Virus record (IMG/VR): IMGVR_UViG_3300021962_000047
Coordinates: 32,001 to 96,000 of that record
Reading direction: 5' to 3' (one strand)
Length of the DNA: 64,000 nucleotides
Source: a virus
The translations under genes and the position numbers were made by a program. Position 1 is the stretch's first letter, and every line of letters starts with the position of its first letter. Below, piece after piece: positions 58,317 to 64,000 of this stretch. The notes under the pieces are model-generated. The model saw nothing but the letters and a program-made list of their open reading frames with translations. It searched no databases and was not told the origin of the DNA.

Positions 58317-60146
58317 TTATCTTAATTCTCTCAAGTCGAATGTTCTAACACCATCAACTGTGATTCTACCATAGAAACGGTTGTTAACCATTTTCTTAGC
58401 GTATCTTGTCATGATACCCTTGATAGGTGTGAAGTTGAATGGGTTGTACATAGTTGGAGTCAACTGAAGAGGTACATATGGTGCGTAAACGTAACCTGTG
58501 TCTAACAAAGATGAACCTTTGTGACCCAACAATACTTGGTTTGCTGGGAAGTAAGGGTCACGATATACTTGATATCTACCTGCTAATGTACCAACTCTCT
58601 CGATACCCATGTTGTACTGGTCCTGCTCAGGAGATGCATTTGAAACGTGGAAGTACTCCAAGTCATCAAAGATAGCAGAAACTTCTGAAGAAACAACAAT
58701 CCAGTTAGCTCCACCTCTCAACGTAGATTTGTGAATCTGTGCTGATAATTGGTTGATAGCTGTGATTAATGTTTGGTTCCAGTCTTTCTGAGTGTATTGA
58801 GTTAATGGATTAGCTGCAGTTCCTCTCTTCCATCCGTTGTAGTCCCAACGTAAGTTCCAAGCCGCACCTTTTCTCAAGTCTCTTAAGATTTCACGGTCGA
58901 TTTCAGCAGCCACTTGCTCAGACAATAAAGCTGTTAATTCAGCTTCAGCGTCGATGTTGTGGAATGCAGAAACGTCTTGTGCCAATTCAGGAGACCATTG
59001 TGCTCTTAATTTTCTTTCTGTTACAGAAACAGTAACTGACTCAAGGTCGAAAGAAACTTCACCGATTTCATCTTCGAATTCCAAGTTCTTGTAAACTCTA
59101 TATGTTGCAGTGAATTGAGTGTTAGCAACAGTTGTACCGTCAACAGCTGTAGTTAAACCTGAGTATCCGTCGATAGAATTTGGACCGATAGTACATGGTA
59201 CTTGTAAGTCAACTTCTAAGTAGATAACACCGTCAGCGTCACAAAGTTGTTGGAATGAACCACTGTTACCTCTATCAGCACCTGAGTAGAAATCAGTTTG
59301 TGTTTGGTTACCGTATTGTACAATACCCTTACCATACTTCTGTGTTACAACTCTAAATAACAAGTTACCTGAACCTGCTCCTGAGAATGCTCCTGAAGCG
59401 TTTGCGTTGATTGTCAAGTCAGACAAGAATGATTCGTTATCCATTTCGTTACCGTCAGGACCGATGATTTTACCAGCTCCTGCAGGTGCGAAACCTTCCA
59501 TAGCAAGAATTACCTTTCTCCAAGGACCATCAGCCGCTAAGTAAGCAGTTGGTACTAATTCATTGTTTGAATTCCAGTTTACAGTAACTACCTGAGTAAT
59601 TGGTGCAGTAACTGCTGACCACTGACCTTTAGAGTAGTCAAATAACCCTGGAGGGTCTAATGCTGCTTCGTTACCTTCGTAGAACAAGTCATACAAGTTC
59701 TTTTGGTATGCGTTAGCATTTGGTGGATAACCTGCTCCTTGTGCAGCTGGACCGTTTGGTGCTCCCAATGGTGCGTAGTGCGTGTTAGGATTTGGTGCAG
59801 TGTTATCGTAACCCTGAATTCTAGGTACGAAGTAGAATAATTTACCGATAGGTAAGTTCATAGCTTGTACAGACACGATGTCGTTAGCTAATAATTTAGA
59901 GAATACTCTTCTCACGATAGGGAAAACTACAGTTTCAAATGAACCTGAACTGTCTGAAGACGATGCTTCATTGATTAAGTGAGATGCTTGGTTTTCATAT
60001 AACTGTGCAATGTTCTCTCTTAAGTGACCTTTCAAACCCTCTAAGAATCCTAATTTGTCCCATTTGTTGATTGTGTCTTCTTTGATAACTTTCAAGTGCT
60101 TCATGCCGATGTTACCAACTAGACCGCTTTCTAATAATGCTCCCAT
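58317..60146 (-). CDS. Major capsid protein (T4 gp23-like)
   Basis: PIVRRVF...DIVSVQAM, RKLRAQWSPELAQDVSAFHNIDAEAELT...EIDREI, YAPYVPL and PIKGIMTRYA. Confidence 0.97.
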   Translation of the reverse strand: MGALLESGLVGNIGMKHLKVIKEDTINKWDKLGFLEGLKGHLRENIAQLYENQASHLINEASSSDSSGSFETVVFPIVRRVFSKLLANDIVSVQAMNLPIGKLFYFVPRIQGYDNTAPNPNTHYAPLGAPNGPAAQGAGYPPNANAYQKNLYDLFYEGNEAALDPPGLFDYSKGQWSAVTAPITQVVTVNWNSNNELVPTAYLAADGPWRKVILAMEGFAPAGAGKIIGPDGNEMDNESFLSDLTINANASGAFSGAGSGNLLFRVVTQKYGKGIVQYGNQTQTDFYSGADRGNSGSFQQLCDADGVIYLEVDLQVPCTIGPNSIDGYSGLTTAVDGTTVANTQFTATYRVYKNLEFEDEIGEVSFDLESVTVSVTERKLRAQWSPELAQDVSAFHNIDAEAELTALLSEQVAAEIDREILRDLRKGAAWNLRWDYNGWKRGTAANPLTQYTQKDWNQTLITAINQLSAQIHKSTLRGGANWIVVSSEVSAIFDDLEYFHVSNASPEQDQYNMGIERVGTLAGRYQVYRDPYFPANQVLLGHKGSSLLDTGYVYAPYVPLQLTPTMYNPFNFTPIKGIMTRYAKKMVNNRFYGRITVDGVRTFDLRELR

Positions 60147-60170
60147 TTTAGTTTTTATTTAGTTTTTAGT

Positions 60171-61430
60171 TTATTTTAATTTATTCATCAAATCCTTCAT
60201 TCTTAAGAATTGTGGATTCTCATAAGTTTTTGACTCGATAAGATTTGTAGAAGCTCCTCTCGATGGAGTTTTAGCAACTTTAGATTCAACACTTTCGTTG
60301 ATTGAAGTTGACTCCTTAGATTCGAATTCTTCTTTCAAGTTCTTATACAAAGTCTTTGATTCCTTCAATGTTTCAACAGAATCGAAACGTCTTAGGATGT
60401 TTATTTTTTCTTGTTTAGTAGTAGTGTGCTCTGTAAACAAACGAGTTGCGTAAGCCAAGTTTGAATTAAATACAGCAACTTCATTTAACTTCTCTCTAAA
60501 GATGTTTAATGCTTTTCTGTACTCTTCATTTTTAGCTCTTAAAGATTCAACTTCAGATTTCAATTCACTTTCATTAGTTTTAACTTTCATTTTAGGTAAT
60601 GACTTTTTCTTTGAGTCATTTCTTGAACCGTTTCCTAATGTGTGAGCCGCTTCTTCCATTTCACCTTCATTTTCATAATCCTTGTAATGTCCGTCTACAT
60701 CACCAGTCTTATGACCTTTTTCACGCTTAAATTCGTGCTTTTTAGAACCCCACTCTTCTTCAACTTCTTCTTTCCACTCTTCGTCGATTTCCATTTCAGT
60801 TTCGTCTTCTACTTCTTCCATGTCGTCGTCCTCTTCTTCAGAGATTTCGATTTCGTAAACTACTTCATCCTCTTCAGCTTCGTCTTCGCTTTCAGTATGG
60901 ATTTCGTATTCTACGCCAGCCTCATCATCCTTAAGTGAAATGCCATCTTCGTCTTTTGTTACGATGATACCATCTTCTTCACCCATAGCCTTGAATACTT
61001 TCAAGATTTCTTCGTCTGATGCACCTGTTAAATCAAGTGGTAATAGAACTTCTTCTTCGTCGTCAACTTCAAGTTCATCACCAGGTAAGTCCATCATTAA
61101 CATTTCTTCACCTTCGTCTTCACTATCCATGTCCAACATTTCTTCATCATCTTCCGACTCTTCGTCTTCAGAATCTACATCAATGTCAAGTTCCATTTCT
61201 TCTTGTTCAGCCATTTCTGACTCTTTTTCCATTTCTGAACTTTCTTCCATTGACACCATTTCGTCTTCAACCTCATCTTCTTGTTCAGATAGAGATTCTT
61301 TTACCAATTCGCTGATTTCTTCCTTCATTGTAGAAGCAAGTATTCCTTTTGCGTTTTGAGTAACGGCTTCCTCCAAATTTTTCATTTGTAGTAACGCCTC
61401 TTCAACTAGAGATTTTTTTGTGTCTGCCAT
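60171..61430 (-). CDS. Prohead core scaffold protein (gp22-like)
   Basis: Very acidic middle region and coiled coil, located between the protease and capsid genes; LNEVAVFNSNLAYATRLF. Confidence 0.8.
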   Translation of the reverse strand: MADTKKSLVEEALLQMKNLEEAVTQNAKGILASTMKEEISELVKESLSEQEDEVEDEMVSMEESSEMEKESEMAEQEEMELDIDVDSEDEESEDDEEMLDMDSEDEGEEMLMMDLPGDELEVDDEEEVLLPLDLTGASDEEILKVFKAMGEEDGIIVTKDEDGISLKDDEAGVEYEIHTESEDEAEEDEVVYEIEISEEEDDDMEEVEDETEMEIDEEWKEEVEEEWGSKKHEFKREKGHKTGDVDGHYKDYENEGEMEEAAHTLGNGSRNDSKKKSLPKMKVKTNESELKSEVESLRAKNEEYRKALNIFREKLNEVAVFNSNLAYATRLFTEHTTTKQEKINILRRFDSVETLKESKTLYKNLKEEFESKESTSINESVESKVAKTPSRGASTNLIESKTYENPQFLRMKDLMNKLK

Positions 61431-61510
61431 TTTTTTAATTGCAAGAGTTTATTGTTTCAACTTATAAATATCTCTATTTTTAAAAAAATTCATTTTGTAC
61501 ATAAAAGAGC

Positions 61511-61538
61511 AAAAAAAAATCAGGGTTTCCCCTGATTT
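61511..61538 (-). terminator. Intrinsic terminator
   Basis: AAATCAGGG-tttc-CCCTGATTT with a 9-T tract on the minus strand. Confidence 0.7.
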
Positions 61539-61565
61539 AAAAAGTTTTTAATTTGTTATTTTTAG

Positions 61566-61775
61566 TTATTCGTAAACCTCATCAATCTTACTTTCAGCAC
61601 ATGCTGTAATTCTCCAATCGTGTGGGAACCCTGTAAATTTAGAAGTTACTTTAGCTTCAACGTCAGTAACGTTAAAACCTTTAACTAATTTTTCTTCTCT
61701 GATTTTTTTAATTTTACCTGAGTTCTCATCTGGCAAATCATACTGAATTTTTGCAACGAAATATTTTTCTTCCAT
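61566..61775 (-). CDS. DUF4494-like small protein
   Basis: YFVAKIQY...GKIKKIREEKLV...VTDVEAKV resembles the N-terminus of Bacteroidota DUF4494 (recalled pattern). Confidence 0.55.
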   Translation of the reverse strand: MEEKYFVAKIQYDLPDENSGKIKKIREEKLVKGFNVTDVEAKVTSKFTGFPHDWRITACAESKIDEVYE

Positions 61776-61788
61776 GGTTATAATTTTT

Positions 61789-62511
61789 TTAATAACCTAA
61801 ATAATCGGAAAGTCTTTTCATTAAGTCAAGTGATTTGTTGTTAGAACCTCCACTAATAGGGTTAGAAAGTTTCATATTTCTTTCTTCTTCTAAATTTTCG
61901 TCATACTGACTTCTATCATCTTTGTTTAAAAACAAGTACGCTCCTGGTGTTGATGGTGATGATACTAAGTCAAAACAAATCAATTCAAAATCATCTTGTA
62001 CTTCATTTTGTTCACCCTTTTTAGCTAATGAACCAACACCACGAGAAGATACACCCATAGTAACACCTTGTCTCATTAAATTAGCTGCAATATCACCAGG
62101 TGAAGATACAATACCTCTTTCGTGGAATCCAGGTGTTGTTAATAGTTTAATCTTACCCATTAAAACATTACCTTCCCACCATACATCAGTAATTAAGTGC
62201 GATACTCTTTCTAAATCTATTAAAGAAGATTCAGGGTGATTTAATTCTGAAATTGATAAACCTTTTTCGATTGCCTTCTTATAATTTTCAGCTTCTCTTT
62301 TTAATATTCTTTCAGGGTATACTCTACCATTTCTATTTGGTACACCATATTTTTGTAAAACGGCATAAAATACAAATGGTTTAGAATGTTCTAATTGACC
62401 ATATGATTCTCTTATTACTTGAGCGTTTCTTTCTTCAGTTGGTGATACGAAACCCGCATCCCACTCAACTAATATTCCTTTTCCTGTATCGCTAGGACCT
62501 AATACTTTCAT
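61789..62511 (-). CDS. Prohead protease (T4 gp21-like)
   Basis: NRNGRVYP, ELNHP, VSHLIT, GVSSRGVGS and DLVSSPSTPGA. Confidence 0.95.
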   Translation of the reverse strand: MKVLGPSDTGKGILVEWDAGFVSPTEERNAQVIRESYGQLEHSKPFVFYAVLQKYGVPNRNGRVYPERILKREAENYKKAIEKGLSISELNHPESSLIDLERVSHLITDVWWEGNVLMGKIKLLTTPGFHERGIVSSPGDIAANLMRQGVTMGVSSRGVGSLAKKGEQNEVQDDFELICFDLVSSPSTPGAYLFLNKDDRSQYDENLEEERNMKLSNPISGGSNNKSLDLMKRLSDYLGY

Positions 62512-62539
62512 GATATATTTTTACTATAAATATACCTGT

Positions 62540-62977
62540 TTATTCCTTTTTTGTTTTTGACTTACTTAAATCAAAATATTCGGACTTTAATAATTCTTCA
62601 GAATATACGGATTTAGCGATTTGTTTAACACGGTCCTTTAATGTTGTTGATTTAAAATCTATTGGATTTTTAATAAAAAAAGTAATCTCTAAATTCATAA
62701 AACTCTTTTTATTTAATTGAATTCCACTTGAACGTAAATCTAAATCCACAATAAAATTATTATCAAAAATAGTATTATCTACAACTTCTAATAATGTATG
62801 TTTAATTTGTCTGTTCAAATTCCCTGTAACTCTATCCCAATTTGTTACTTCTTTTTTGGGTTCTACCCACGATTGAATGTTTAAGTATAATGATTTAAAA
62901 TTTATTGAATCTACCGTACCATATACACATTTAGCATTTTCAAAAATTGAAAGCTTAGATGTCTTCCCTTTTTTCAT
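62540..62977 (-). CDS. Hypothetical protein
   Basis: 145 aa. Upstream TTTG-N20-TATATA resembles the promoter before polB. Confidence 0.6.
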   Translation of the reverse strand: MKKGKTSKLSIFENAKCVYGTVDSINFKSLYLNIQSWVEPKKEVTNWDRVTGNLNRQIKHTLLEVVDNTIFDNNFIVDLDLRSSGIQLNKKSFMNLEITFFIKNPIDFKSTTLKDRVKQIAKSVYSEELLKSEYFDLSKSKTKKE

Positions 62978-63088
62978 ATAAAATATTTCATATTTTTTCT
63001 TCGTTTATTTTAATAAAATATAATAAAAATATTTGTATTAGTCAAAACTTGTCAAAAGAGTTTATATTTATTATCATTAAATCAACGT

Positions 63089-63280
63089 ATGATAGTAATT
63101 CAATTAAAAAAAGGTGAGAGTATCGAAAAAGCTTTAAAACGATACAAGTATAAAGTTATTAAAACCCGTCAAATTGAAAAATTAAGGGAAAAACAAGAGT
63201 TTGTCAAAAAATCAGTTAAAAAACGAGAACAAAAGATGAAAGCCATATACAAACAATCATTATCCGATAATGATGAATAA
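63089..63280 (+). CDS. rpsU: Ribosomal protein bS21
   Basis: GESIEKALKRYKYK...LREKQEFVKKSVKKRE...KAIY; 63 aa and basic. Confidence 0.9.
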   Translation: MIVIQLKKGESIEKALKRYKYKVIKTRQIEKLREKQEFVKKSVKKREQKMKAIYKQSLSDNDE

Positions 63281-63309
63281 AAAAAGGTCCAATTAATTGG
63301 ACCTTTTTT
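63279..63309. terminator. Bidirectional intrinsic terminator
   Basis: AAAAAAGGTCCAAT-TA-ATTGGACCTTTTTT between convergent genes. Confidence 0.85.
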
Positions 63310-63333
63310 ATTTTTAAGTAATTTTAAAATTTA

Positions 63334-63618
63334 TTATTGTTCATCAGTTTCCTGATTCATTTGTTTTTCTTTTTGTATTTGGTTTAACATATATCCACTA
63401 ATAGCAAACTCAACACCAGCCCATAGTACAATATCTGAAGTACTCATAGTCGATAGATTTTGTAATAAGAAATATATCATACCCCATTGTCCAACTGCAA
63501 ATGCAATTCCAGACTCAACTCGTTTTTTAGAAAAATAAGAATCTTTACTCGTATAAAGATTACCAATTTCTTTAATTAACCATTTAATGTTGTTCCAACC
63601 AAAAAATAAATTCTTCAT
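63334..63618 (-). CDS. Small membrane protein, holin-like
   Basis: FSKKRVESG followed by two hydrophobic segments and a charged C-terminus. Confidence 0.55.
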   Translation of the reverse strand: MKNLFFGWNNIKWLIKEIGNLYTSKDSYFSKKRVESGIAFAVGQWGMIYFLLQNLSTMSTSDIVLWAGVEFAISGYMLNQIQKEKQMNQETDEQ

Positions 63619-63779
63619 TATTTCTTACTTAATACTGACCATACACCACCAACTAAGGTGATTAATGCACCGCTTAATTCTAAAAACTGCGTCTCATCAA
63701 TTAAGCCTTTAGCCATTAAAATACCACCAATAAATGTAAGTGAGTGTCTTAATACACCTAATACTTGTTCTTTGTTCAT
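63618..63779 (-). CDS. Small two-helix membrane protein, putative holin
   Basis: Not in the ORF track. MNKEQVLGVLRHSLTFIGGILMAKGLIDETQFLELSGALITLVGGVWSVLSKK*; overlaps both neighbours (ATGA and TAATG). Confidence 0.7.
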   Translation of the reverse strand: MNKEQVLGVLRHSLTFIGGILMAKGLIDETQFLELSGALITLVGGVWSVLSKK

Positions 63780-64000
63780 AATCCTTGTTCTAATTGTTTT
63801 AGTTTATACAATGAAACCAAATCAGGTTTACTTTCATTGATTTTATTTATCGTCTGTGAAACTTTAGATGACAATTCATTATCATCAGATTCACTACGAG
63901 TCATTTCCAATTTCGAAACGACTGACTCCTTTAATTCAATAAATTGTTTTTCAATTTCCTTTTTGTTCAAAGAAAGTAGAGATTTTAACTCTGTTTTTTC
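63776..64000 (-). CDS. C-terminal part of a hypothetical protein (5' end outside the window)
   Basis: The frame is open to the window edge and ends ...LYKLKQLEQGL*. Confidence 0.55.
   Translation of the reverse strand, partial: EKTELKSLLSLNKKEIEKQFIELKESVVSKLEMTRSESDDNELSSKVSQTINKINESKPDLVSLYKLKQLEQGL

Noticed and set aside
481-62239. Many short ORFs antisense to or nested in long genes (for example 946-1461, 6915-7163, 56608-57093, 60940-61359)
   Set aside because: They overlap well-supported genes and have no recognisable motifs.
5062-63071. Reading the motif as T4-type TATAAATA promoters driving antisense transcripts
   Set aside because: The motif keeps a fixed orientation and short distance to start codons on both strands, which fits a sense-strand TATTTAT element better.
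1-64000. tRNA, rRNA or other structured RNA genes
   Set aside because: Intergenic gaps are short and explained by promoters and terminators. I saw no cloverleaf or T-loop signature by eye; tRNAscan-SE or Infernal would be needed to exclude them fully.

Overview
This window is a gene-dense, AT-rich segment of a large T4-like (contractile-tailed, probably jumbo) phage, most likely infecting freshwater or marine Bacteroidota. Host evidence: bS21 with Tyr54, a DUF4494-like gene, A-rich leaders without Shine-Dalgarno sequences, and one TAnnTTTG promoter. It holds the core virion module (baseplate, tape measure, tail chaperone, tube, sheath, neck gp13/14/15, spike, major capsid, scaffold, prohead protease, two holin-like genes). 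It also encodes a family B DNA polymerase, an SNF2 helicase, a gp55-like late sigma factor and ribosomal protein bS21. Five features stand out. (1) Three very large Thr/Pro mucin-like virion proteins with Cys-rich modules lie about 2.5 kb from a 12-kb operon of glycosyltransferases, two sulfotransferases and nucleotide-sugar enzymes, a candidate phage-encoded virion glycosylation and sulfation system. (2) Several late proteins, including a 1064-aa mosaic and an SOD-nuclease fusion, are built from modules joined at [ILV]-x-E sites like T4 prohead-protease cleavage sites, a candidate capsid-packaged polyprotein cargo system. (3) A start-less +1 frame follows the tail chaperone at a UUU-UUU-CGU site, suggesting a +1 programmed frameshift. 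(4) A TATTTAT motif precedes 17 late genes. (5) An anticodon-less AsnRS-like gene sits beside the capsid gene. All product calls come from motif recognition by eye; no database searches were run.
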